From the IMG/VR virus record IMGVR_UViG_3300008262_000001: 64,000 bases of DNA; one strand, given 5' to 3'. Positions 8,963 through 18,073 of the stretch are shown here, one piece after another; the first letter of the stretch is position 1; the number at the start of each line of letters is the position of its first letter. The translations under genes were made by a program, and so were the position numbers. This DNA comes from a virus. Its lineage: Duplodnaviria; Caudoviricetes. The notes under the pieces are model-generated. The model was given only the letters and a program-made list of their open reading frames with translations, made no database searches and had not been told where the DNA came from.

Positions 8963-11900
8963 TTAATATTTTTTTACATTAAATGCTTTTTGTAATTCGG
9001 AAGGGAGTTCAGGAATTGGATAAACTGGATCAGCTGCACCTAAGAAGAATTTAAATAGTCCAGAAACATCAGCTGCACTTCTTAAAAATTCATCGATATA
9101 GACAACATAATAAGCGTTTTTAAGGCTCATTCTTCTCCATGAGGGATGGTCATCTGATAAGATGATTGGATTAATTAAGTTTATAACATTTCTTCCTAAT
9201 AATACTGTAAGTGGCCATGGAATTTTGGTAAGTATATTCGAAGACAATTCAACTGCAGGATTTACTATATTTCCAAGTAGTGGGGATTTTGGCAAACCCT
9301 TAAAGTATTTCCAGAATAAGCTGTAAACTATTCTTGCAGGAGGGGGTGCACCCATTCCAATTAGGGCTTGTTCTATCATGTCGGTAGGTCGAGCTTTTGG
9401 TATAACTGGAATTTGTGTCAGATTTAAAAAATCAGGGATATTTGGAGACTCTGGATTTAAACTCTCTCTAACTAAATTCCTAGCTATTTTCTGAATATCC
9501 TGCGGATTTAAATTTGTAAACTTAGGAGAATCTATATTATCAATTTCAGGAAGCAGTTGCTCTAATAAACCTCCATCTAATAAGGATGTTACTGTTTCAA
9601 TAATAAAATTCTTAATTATAGTACCAGGTATAGTTACCTGAATTATTCCACCTAAACCTTGTGTTTGTGAAACTTGATCTTGTTTGGGAGGGAAAACTGT
9701 AGGGATTTCAAAAGCTGAGATAGCATTACCAAAACCTCCATTAAGTGATTCCAAGCAACAATACGGACCTTCGGGATGCGGAAAATCAGAAACTAAAGGT
9801 TCTTCAAGGTCCAGAGGTCTTTCGGGATCAAATGGACCCCTTCTAGAAAGTCCTAATTTTTTCGATATTAATTTTTTTAAATCCTTAACTCTTATAACTA
9901 GAATTGGATTTTCTCCATCATACCTAACATATCTTGAGAAGTCCTCTCTTGAATATATTATTTTAGACATACCCTCCATAATCCTTAGGTACATCGCAGT
10001 AAGAAGAGGATTTTTAATTTTAATAATTTTGAGAGGAACAGGTGCAATATTTGAAACTTGAACAGGAGGAAACACAAAAGGTCCTTGTTTTTCACAATCA
10101 TCAATTATTGAAAATGCTCCCTTTCTAACTTTTTTAATTACCGAGAATTTGTTTCCCTTTAGTATAATATGGGTTATTGCAAGAGATGCTGATCTAATTT
10201 CTTTAACTAGATCTTCAAATTCTTCCTTTTCCATAGTTCTTGGATCCTTATCTAATCTCAAGAAAATTTTATTCGGATTCGAAACGTTTAAGTTGTCCAA
10301 AATATATTTGGGTGGAGAAGGTACTTTGATTAATTTAAGAACCTCCCTCATTTCGTCTTTGAAGTTAATACTGTCCCCACACTTTAACGGTACAAAACTA
10401 GCTTTCATATCCTTAAGAATTCTCAAAGACTTAACTATTCCAGGAACGTCGATTTTAAGCTTGTCTTTATCCTGTGGGTAATAAATGGATTTAGGATTAG
10501 GTATCCCTGTTTTTAAATAATCCTTTATTACAGTTTTAAGAGTTTCCTTCCTTTGTGCAATTATTAATTCCAACTGCTCTCTTTCTTCATCCACGTTTGG
10601 CTGAGGAACGTCCAGCAGTGCTGCTTTTTTGTCATACTCTTTCCTTTTTGATAAAATCGAATTCTTAAGGTCTATTTCTCTTTGTTGTGCTTCCCTTAAA
10701 GCTTCAATATTACCAGGAGGAGGAACACTGTCAAAAATTTTTGTCAGATTAGTTTGAAGATCACTAAGAATCCTATTTGGAGAATCCACGTCATCTTGTC
10801 CAAAACCTGGGAGTGGAATAAGTTTATCAGGAATACCAAAAGAAAGAATCTGCTTGATTTTTTCAAGAGGGTCTTTAAGTTCAGGATCAGATTTTCTTGG
10901 GATAAATCTTGGACCTCTGATTCCTGTTAAGAATAAAGAACTTCCAGTTATAAACTCCTTTAAGTACACTAGAGGAGTAGGCATAAAACCTCCAATAAAT
11001 GGAATGAAAATTACGATTACTCCTAAATTAAGTGGAAGTGGAATAATAATAGGATCTACTATTGTCCATATCATAGGCAAAGGGATCCTAATAAAAGGCT
11101 GTCCGTCCACAGGATTAGGTACAGGAATAGGAATAAAAGCAGGTGGTAAATAACCAACCGGCCAATATTTTAAACCAAGTCTCACTGATGGTCCTCCAGA
11201 AAGAAAGAAACTAGTTTTTTCAATTGGAGGCAATCCATTAGGATACGGCAGTAACCCAACTTTAGTTACATCTTTACAAAACTGTTTCCACCAACATCTT
11301 TGAAATATAGTTGGACAGTCCGAACTAGGTGGGGACGATGTTAGATAATTAGCATATTTAAAATCCGATCCAGCTGGACCACAGCATTGCGGTGGACAAT
11401 TAACTGAATTTCCGTTATCAACGTTTCCTCCATCGCCATCTCCAGCACCACCAGCACCCGCACATTTAAGATCAGAAAACTCCTTATCCAAAGCTTCAGG
11501 AGTAAGGGATTGCTCGTTTTCAGTTCTTTTCTGTGCTGCAATGAGCATCAGTTCTTCAATTTGCTCTATCTTTTCTTTGATGTTAGTAAAATTTTCAAAT
11601 ATTCTAATTCCGATAACATCTAATAAAGGCAAAGTGTTTCCTAGTGCATTTCCAGCCTGTCTTGCTAATCCTTTTATTTCATTGAGTTTAGGCTCGACAT
11701 AAACCTGTTTGTTTTGTTGGTATTTAGCATCCCATTTAGGTTTAAAGTTTCCATAGAAATCTGTGAAAACTTCATTAGGTTCGCCATCTGCAGTAAAAGT
11801 ACCAGGTCTAAGCTTGCTTGGATTCCTAGCATCGTTATCTCCTCTTTCCTGTGGAGAAAAGAAAAGCCAATTTGAGGCAGATTTTTCAATAAGCTCACCA

Positions 11901-14212
11901 TAAAGAATTCCCCTGTCCTCGTTAATCTGGTTTATGATAGTCTGTTTGGATTTATTCGTATTCAATACATCTTCAAAAAATCCGAAAAAATCTCCAACAT
12001 CAGGAAATCCAGTTTTAAGGTTCACAATTTCTAAGAATTGGTAAGAAGCCAAATATTCCGTGGAATATTCAGCTAATAAACCACCATTACCTGCGTGTTC
12101 GTTTCCTAGTTTGATTTTTTCTTGGTCTGGTTCAGGAACTTCCTGCAAAGGATTTGATGGCTCCCCAGTCATAGAAATTTTACCAGGTTTTTTGACATTC
12201 TTATAAGGTAAAGGATCTCCTAGATCAGACATGAAAGACACCTTAAATTGAAGTTCAGCCCTGGCCCTGTTAAATTCTGGTCTTGCAAATCGAACAGAAA
12301 ATTCTTGGATCTTGTTTATAAAAGGGTATCCATCTGTGGCATATTCCTCGTTACTGCTAGAATATGCAGAGAAAACCCTCTCATTACGTTCAAGTTGAGC
12401 ACTAGATTGTCCATATAGATCTCCTGAATCACCTGATGTTCCTATGAGCGCAGCTTCTATATCATTAAGGTCTAAATCTCTTCCAGTTCTTGATTGTAGT
12501 GTTTCGATATTAGCATTTTTAAGTGCTGTGAGTTCATTTTTTTGGTTTATTAAAGAGTCAACAAAATCTTTTTTAACCAGTATGTTCCTAATCGATTCAA
12601 TATTAGTTTCAAAAGAAGCTAATCCTTCGTCCAATCGATAAGCTTGTTTTGATTGATCAAAAGCAACCGGAGAGTTTCCTGCTTCGATATTTTCTTTAAA
12701 TAAGTCCTTTAGGTCTTTCCTTTCAAGTTCAGTATCAGCAAAGGAAAGGTCGAACAGTTTTCGCGTGAAAACTGGATTATTAGAAAGGAAGAGATTATAA
12801 ACGTTTTCTATATCAGTAACTTCTTGCTGTACTTGTTGTTCCAGAATTGGTTCTTGGTCAGTAAGGGTTAAAATTGAAATTCCAAGTTCGTAATCACTAA
12901 GAGATCCTCCATTCGAAAACGGAAATCTTAATTGCCAGGCATCTTGCAAAGACTTTTGGTATTCGAATATGATTTCATAGTGATAAAGAATTTCCTCTAG
13001 AAATCTTTCTATAACTTGCCAACGAGCTGTTTCCTTATTTTTTTTATCTATTTTGTTAGACTTTTCTAATGCAGAGTCTATACATGCTTGGATTGCATCA
13101 ACATCTACATTAGCTGCTGGTGGATCCTCCTGATCAACATTGGATCCTGTCAAGTCATTGGATCCTGTCAAGTCATTTATTCCAGAGAAGTCAAAGGCAG
13201 GTGGATCGCAGAATTCTCCAGATATCTCTTCAACATCAGATTTGGTTGATATGATGTCTCCAGTAATTGGATCTTCAGGAAGGCCTGGATCGCAATCATC
13301 ATTAATGATAGGATCATCTCCATCCGGAAAAAAATTAGCATCATATCCATCTTGTCGATTTGATGCGAATCTTCCCAGTCCTGAAAAGTTTCCATCACTG
13401 TCGAATTCCAAACCTGATCCTTCCCTTGAATCATTTTCTGGATCATTCTCTGAATCATTATCAGCATCTCCGTTTAAATCCAGATCTTTAAAATCACATT
13501 TTTTAGAATTTTTAAGCTGATCTCCTAGAACTCTATTAATATCACTGAGGGCTTGGTCATTTGTAATCGAAGGTCCTCCAAGTTTAACATGGACAACTCT
13601 TTTACCTGACATTATAAATTCCAAAGGAATTTTGTATCCAAGAATATTGAGCTCTCTTTTTTTCTTTGCACCTGAATTTGAGGGTTTTCCAAGTACTAGA
13701 GGATCAAGATTGTCGAACAAAGATTCGTTTGTCTTCTCTAAAAATTTGGGGTCCTTTTGTCCAAGAAATTTCACAATACCTGTTGAAGAAATATCCCGTT
13801 CTTTTTTGAAAGTTGGAATATTTGTTTGCACGCCCAAATCATCCACTATAAAGGTCTTTTCGTCTAAACTACCAGAGTTTTTGAGTTCTTCGTATAAGTC
13901 CCTGTTTTCAGTCTTTAATGATTCCAACAGAATTTGAGAATATAAAGAATCACCTTCATATTTACACGCCAGGTCTTCTATTTTAGAAAGAGGAATAGGT
14001 GGTGGTCCTGGCTCAAGACTTTTAATAAGTTCCTCTACTTCTTTTTCAGATTTTTCAAGTTCTTTATTGAATCCTTCCTCTGATTGTAAATCCTCGTAAG
14101 GTAAATCAATTTGTTGACCAGTAATTGTTTGTACTATTTGCTCAGTAGTAAGATTTTCAAAATCTTGACCAAGTAAATCATCTATTCTTGATTCTATACT
14201 TTCAGATGCCAT
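8963..14212 (-). CDS. Very large (1749 aa) hypothetical, probably tail/baseplate-associated protein
   Basis: Intact ORF starting 2 nt after the gp5-like stop. Acidic N-terminal part, helical middle, and a Cys-rich then Pro-rich hydrophobic segment. No family recognised. Confidence 0.75.
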   Translation of the reverse strand: MASESIESRIDDLLGQDFENLTTEQIVQTITGQQIDLPYEDLQSEEGFNKELEKSEKEVEELIKSLEPGPPPIPLSKIEDLACKYEGDSLYSQILLESLKTENRDLYEELKNSGSLDEKTFIVDDLGVQTNIPTFKKERDISSTGIVKFLGQKDPKFLEKTNESLFDNLDPLVLGKPSNSGAKKKRELNILGYKIPLEFIMSGKRVVHVKLGGPSITNDQALSDINRVLGDQLKNSKKCDFKDLDLNGDADNDSENDPENDSREGSGLEFDSDGNFSGLGRFASNRQDGYDANFFPDGDDPIINDDCDPGLPEDPITGDIISTKSDVEEISGEFCDPPAFDFSGINDLTGSNDLTGSNVDQEDPPAANVDVDAIQACIDSALEKSNKIDKKNKETARWQVIERFLEEILYHYEIIFEYQKSLQDAWQLRFPFSNGGSLSDYELGISILTLTDQEPILEQQVQQEVTDIENVYNLFLSNNPVFTRKLFDLSFADTELERKDLKDLFKENIEAGNSPVAFDQSKQAYRLDEGLASFETNIESIRNILVKKDFVDSLINQKNELTALKNANIETLQSRTGRDLDLNDIEAALIGTSGDSGDLYGQSSAQLERNERVFSAYSSSNEEYATDGYPFINKIQEFSVRFARPEFNRARAELQFKVSFMSDLGDPLPYKNVKKPGKISMTGEPSNPLQEVPEPDQEKIKLGNEHAGNGGLLAEYSTEYLASYQFLEIVNLKTGFPDVGDFFGFFEDVLNTNKSKQTIINQINEDRGILYGELIEKSASNWLFFSPQERGDNDARNPSKLRPGTFTADGEPNEVFTDFYGNFKPKWDAKYQQNKQVYVEPKLNEIKGLARQAGNALGNTLPLLDVIGIRIFENFTNIKEKIEQIEELMLIAAQKRTENEQSLTPEALDKEFSDLKCAGAGGAGDGDGGNVDNGNSVNCPPQCCGPAGSDFKYANYLTSSPPSSDCPTIFQRCWWKQFCKDVTKVGLLPYPNGLPPIEKTSFFLSGGPSVRLGLKYWPVGYLPPAFIPIPVPNPVDGQPFIRIPLPMIWTIVDPIIIPLPLNLGVIVIFIPFIGGFMPTPLVYLKEFITGSSLFLTGIRGPRFIPRKSDPELKDPLEKIKQILSFGIPDKLIPLPGFGQDDVDSPNRILSDLQTNLTKIFDSVPPPGNIEALREAQQREIDLKNSILSKRKEYDKKAALLDVPQPNVDEEREQLELIIAQRKETLKTVIKDYLKTGIPNPKSIYYPQDKDKLKIDVPGIVKSLRILKDMKASFVPLKCGDSINFKDEMREVLKLIKVPSPPKYILDNLNVSNPNKIFLRLDKDPRTMEKEEFEDLVKEIRSASLAITHIILKGNKFSVIKKVRKGAFSIIDDCEKQGPFVFPPVQVSNIAPVPLKIIKIKNPLLTAMYLRIMEGMSKIIYSREDFSRYVRYDGENPILVIRVKDLKKLISKKLGLSRRGPFDPERPLDLEEPLVSDFPHPEGPYCCLESLNGGFGNAISAFEIPTVFPPKQDQVSQTQGLGGIIQVTIPGTIIKNFIIETVTSLLDGGLLEQLLPEIDNIDSPKFTNLNPQDIQKIARNLVRESLNPESPNIPDFLNLTQIPVIPKARPTDMIEQALIGMGAPPPARIVYSLFWKYFKGLPKSPLLGNIVNPAVELSSNILTKIPWPLTVLLGRNVINLINPIILSDDHPSWRRMSLKNAYYVVYIDEFLRSAADVSGLFKFFLGAADPVYPIPELPSELQKAFNVKKY
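13140..13175. repeat. 18-nt tandem duplication inside the 1749-aa gene (NDLTGS x2)
   Basis: TTGGATCCTGTCAAGTCA occurs at 13140-13157 and 13158-13175. Confidence 0.9.
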
Positions 14213-14214
14213 TG

Positions 14215-15090
14215 TTATCCTCCTGTTGCTCCTGTTCCTCCAGTAGCAGAACTAGGTAAAGATACAGGTTGGCTATTTTGTGCTGGGACTGTAGGAAGGT
14301 CTGGTAAGTTTTCCCTTGTTACCCTTACTGTCTGACTAGTTGCAAGCTGTTCAAAGCTTTGTGCTAATGTGGAACTTACACCAGGTGTTACTGGAAGTTT
14401 AGCATCTACTGCGATGGCTAACTTCTTCAGAAAATCCCAAAGAGGCTCAGCACAAATCGCTGAGAAAACCGGGGAATGTCCGAGGTTGGTAGTTTTTCCG
14501 TCCATCCAAACTTCCTCAGAAGAATGCTTAATTCTAGTAACTGCAGTATTCTCTATCTCTTGGTCAGCATACTTAGTGATTTTACCTCCTTTTAGCTCAA
14601 TAGACGAAGTATCGTCCGCATGAGTGATCAATATCGAGTTATCGTTTCGAATGATGATTTTGGACTCCTTTAGATCGATTACAAGACCTTTCTCTACAGT
14701 GTAATAAATTTTTAATCTCTCGATTCCATCATAAATAAGGGAATGAGCTCCATCGTAACTTGCCCTGATTTCATCGATGAGATCTGGAGAAAGTTCCTGC
14801 ACTGCTTTGTATTCTGGACTGTAATAGTTGCCATTATTGAATTGGACGTGTACAACTGAACCTAATTTAGGAACAGACATTCTTCCAGATCCTCCACCTA
14901 GACCATAACTCATATCAAATCTTTGGTGTGACCAGGGCAAATCCTCATCACCAACCCCATCATAAACTCCGAATATCCTAATTTTTGCTCTGCCTTTAAA
15001 TTCTGGATCTTTGTTGTCAATTACAACACCTAGAAAGTGAGCAACTTCAATATTACTATCAATTAAATGTTCTCTTGATATCAGTGTCAT
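14215..15090 (-). CDS. gp5: Baseplate central spike, gp5/VgrG OB-fold family, no lysozyme domain
   Basis: FLGVVIDNKDPEFKGRAKIRIFG, LPWS and SVPKLGSVVHVQFNNGNYYSPEY form the gp5 OB-fold, followed by short beta-strand repeats. Confidence 0.85.
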   Translation of the reverse strand: MTLISREHLIDSNIEVAHFLGVVIDNKDPEFKGRAKIRIFGVYDGVGDEDLPWSHQRFDMSYGLGGGSGRMSVPKLGSVVHVQFNNGNYYSPEYKAVQELSPDLIDEIRASYDGAHSLIYDGIERLKIYYTVEKGLVIDLKESKIIIRNDNSILITHADDTSSIELKGGKITKYADQEIENTAVTRIKHSSEEVWMDGKTTNLGHSPVFSAICAEPLWDFLKKLAIAVDAKLPVTPGVSSTLAQSFEQLATSQTVRVTRENLPDLPTVPAQNSQPVSLPSSATGGTGATGG

Positions 15091-15106
15091 ACTAAATTAT
15101 AGAATT

Positions 15107-18064
15107 TTAAATGCTAGGGTTTTCATTGTTATTTGATTTAGGGTAAACTCTTCCAAGGTTTACTGGGGCTGAAGGAGGAACATTATATTCCGCGTTACCA
15201 AAAGCTCTTGGGTAAATTCTGTCAGATCCTCCTAAGAGAGATCCAGGTACATTAGCGTAAACGTCCTCATTTGTTGGTGGATATTGTCTTCCTGGTGCAG
15301 AGAGCGATGATCCAGGTACTGTAGGGAATTCATCGGGAGCTTTTGCTCCGGGATAAGTTCTTGCTGGTGCACCTAAATCTATTCCTGGAACAGTTGGATA
15401 GGAGTCATCGTTGACTGATTCGTACACTCTTCCCAAACCTCCAAGATCCCGACCAGGAACCCCTGTGTATTCATCTTTTGGTGTGACTGGTTTGTATTCT
15501 CTGGTAGGTGCTCCTAAGTCTTTTCCAGGCACATCAGGATAAACATCACCATCTGGAGTTTTGTAAACTCTTGCTAGTGCACCAAGTTCCGAACCAGGTA
15601 CGTTTTTGTATTCATCTTTAGGAGGAGGAGCATTATAAACCCTTTCAGTCCCTCCTAAATCAGGTCCAGGAACTCCCGGGTAAGCATCACCCTTAGGTTC
15701 ATCATAAATTCTTCCCAGTGGACCTGAATCTTTACCAGGAACTTCAGTGTACTCATCTTTTGGTGGAGGTACTTTATATTGCCTATCAGGTGCTCCCAAG
15801 TCGGGTCCAGGAACCCCTGGATATAAGTCACCAGTAGGCTCAGAATATACTCTATCAGGAACACCTAGATCCTTACCAGGAACTCCCTTAAACTCATCAC
15901 CTGCAGGAGGGCCAGGATAGGCTCTTTCTGGTGCTCCAAGATCTGTGCCTGGGACATCCGGATAAACATCACCTTTTGGTTCTGTATAAGCTCTTAAAGG
16001 AACGCCTAAATCTGCACCGGGGACATCTGAATATTCATCATTCCCTTGTACATTTGGATAGAGTCTTTGTGGCGGGCCAAGATCCGATCCAGGTACATTA
16101 TTATAAAGATCATCATTAAGAGTTGGATAAACTCTTTGAGGAACACCAAGATCCGATCCAGGTACATCGCCATATTCATCAGAGTTTACTGGTGGATATT
16201 GTCTATCAGGAACACCTAAATCATTTCCAGGTACGTTTCCGTAAACATCAGAATTTATTGTTGGATAAACTCTCTGTGGAACTCCAAGATCTGGACCAGG
16301 AACGTTATTATATTCGTCTGTAGAGACTGTTGGATATTGTCTTTCTGGAGCGCCTAAATCAGTTCCAGGAACGTTGTTGTAAACATCATCTTGAAGATTG
16401 GTTGTTCCTGCTCCTGAATTGGGTAAAACATTTCCAAGATTTTGTCCAGCTTGTCCGTTAACATCAGGATACACATCCGAATTTATTGTTGGGTATTGTC
16501 TTTCTGTAGGACCTCCAAGTCCTCTAGCTTGTGGCGTGTTGTCCTGGAATGGGTTAGGAACTCCTGCTTGGATAGTGCTCACCAAGCTTTGAACACTGGA
16601 TAAAGCTTGTCCTGCATTTACACCACCTAATCCGTAAATATTTCCAAGTAACGCTCCCTGAACGATGGATACACCTTGATTAGTTAAATCTGCAACAGTA
16701 TTGTTAATAAAGTTAGATGCAAGTTCTGCAGCAAACTGTCCTGCATTTCCCCCGGGATCCACAAAAGCATCACCGAATCCAGTGCTGTTAGCGTAATCTG
16801 AAAAATTGTAATCTGACTTAGGGTTTTCCCAAAGATCAGAAATAACCATGCTTTTGATGTTATCGTTTTTCTGAATGACATCTGCTAACTGATTGAACTG
16901 AATTTTATGATCCCTTACTCTTCCCACGTGTATCTTAAACTTTGTGGAGACTGATTGACCTCCTTTGTTGTCAATTGACGCATAAGAAGGAAATGTTTCA
17001 TCGAAGTCAAATTCACACTGATCAAATTGGTAAATGAAAGCATAAGGTCCTAAAGTATAAGATCCGAATTTGTCATTTCCCGGATCTTCGGCATTTGTAG
17101 ATCTTTGTAAAAGTCCTTCTGTATTATTCAACAAACCAGTTTGGCTATTAAAGCTATCTAAAAAGTTAGCTGCTTGTGCTACAGAAGGAATCTGGAAAGG
17201 GTTCAGAATATCGTTGATTCCATATGTGAGTTGAATATTTCTTATCTCAGTTACTATCAGCCACATTCTGAACTTTCTGAGATTCTCAGGGAGCATAACT
17301 CTGTGGTAAGTGTAGTCATAAATAGCCTTTCGATAAAGTTCTGAAAGACCAAATATTCTCATGTCGATTGATTCTAAACAATCTATGCTTAAAGTTCCTG
17401 CCCTTTTTGGAATACTTCCCTTTTTGTGGTAATTTTTGATATCAGTTTTTAAAAGCTGATCTAATCCACTAACATTTTGGAAGTAGTATGGACAATTTTT
17501 ATTAACGAAATCTAATCCCCTTTTAAAAGCTTCAAGCATTTGCTGTCTTTTCTGAGATCTTTGATATAAAAATTGTTGTGCTCCCATATAGGCAAGAGGG
17601 GAGTTAGCGGGAAAGAATCCATAATTTGCTCTGCTGGGAATTTTTCCCTTTGATCCATAAAAATAATCTTGGGAAGTTCCAAATCCTGAATTTGTAAGAT
17701 TTTGTATATCATTAGATATTCCGGTAATATCTGAAGGATTCTTTCCACTTCTGAGTGCTTCTAATGTTCTTGCCTCAAGATCTCCTGCAGCCGCGTTAAT
17801 GTTACCAACACCATTAGCTGAATAAGATCTAAATAACGGGGAAGGGGCTAAAAAGGTTTCCTCGTCTATTAAGGAATTGTTCCCAAAGTCGAACATAAAC
17901 TTGAAATAGATGTAGGTAGGATCTTCTTTCTTTCCGTGTTTCGTAGATGAAATTCCCTTCAGAAATTTCTCTCTCTGGAAATCTATTTTTCTGTTTAAGA
18001 TATCTCCAGTAGGTAAAACGTTACCAGCTAATCCTGAACCAAAATCCGATATAAAATCTGCCAT
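15107..18064 (-). CDS. Tail-associated protein: tube-like N-terminal domain plus long 23/24-aa repeat tail
   Basis: 985 aa between the hub and spike genes. The N-terminal TLSIDCLESIDMRIFGLSELYRKAIYD segment resembles tube-fold proteins (inference). The C-terminal half is repeats. Confidence 0.6.
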   Translation of the reverse strand: MADFISDFGSGLAGNVLPTGDILNRKIDFQREKFLKGISSTKHGKKEDPTYIYFKFMFDFGNNSLIDEETFLAPSPLFRSYSANGVGNINAAAGDLEARTLEALRSGKNPSDITGISNDIQNLTNSGFGTSQDYFYGSKGKIPSRANYGFFPANSPLAYMGAQQFLYQRSQKRQQMLEAFKRGLDFVNKNCPYYFQNVSGLDQLLKTDIKNYHKKGSIPKRAGTLSIDCLESIDMRIFGLSELYRKAIYDYTYHRVMLPENLRKFRMWLIVTEIRNIQLTYGINDILNPFQIPSVAQAANFLDSFNSQTGLLNNTEGLLQRSTNAEDPGNDKFGSYTLGPYAFIYQFDQCEFDFDETFPSYASIDNKGGQSVSTKFKIHVGRVRDHKIQFNQLADVIQKNDNIKSMVISDLWENPKSDYNFSDYANSTGFGDAFVDPGGNAGQFAAELASNFINNTVADLTNQGVSIVQGALLGNIYGLGGVNAGQALSSVQSLVSTIQAGVPNPFQDNTPQARGLGGPTERQYPTINSDVYPDVNGQAGQNLGNVLPNSGAGTTNLQDDVYNNVPGTDLGAPERQYPTVSTDEYNNVPGPDLGVPQRVYPTINSDVYGNVPGNDLGVPDRQYPPVNSDEYGDVPGSDLGVPQRVYPTLNDDLYNNVPGSDLGPPQRLYPNVQGNDEYSDVPGADLGVPLRAYTEPKGDVYPDVPGTDLGAPERAYPGPPAGDEFKGVPGKDLGVPDRVYSEPTGDLYPGVPGPDLGAPDRQYKVPPPKDEYTEVPGKDSGPLGRIYDEPKGDAYPGVPGPDLGGTERVYNAPPPKDEYKNVPGSELGALARVYKTPDGDVYPDVPGKDLGAPTREYKPVTPKDEYTGVPGRDLGGLGRVYESVNDDSYPTVPGIDLGAPARTYPGAKAPDEFPTVPGSSLSAPGRQYPPTNEDVYANVPGSLLGGSDRIYPRAFGNAEYNVPPSAPVNLGRVYPKSNNNENPSI
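15130..16390 (-). repeat. About 17 coding tandem repeats, consensus xD(V/E)YxxVPGxDLGxPxRxYP
   Basis: Counted in the translation from DDVYNNVPGTDLGAPERQYP to EDVYANVPGSLLGGSDRIYP; units are 23 or 24 aa. Confidence 0.9.
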
Positions 18065-18073
18065 TTCTTTCTT

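Noticed and set aside
15130-16390. Possible non-coding repeat array (69-72-nt period)
   Set aside because: Conservation is at the amino-acid level within an intact ORF.
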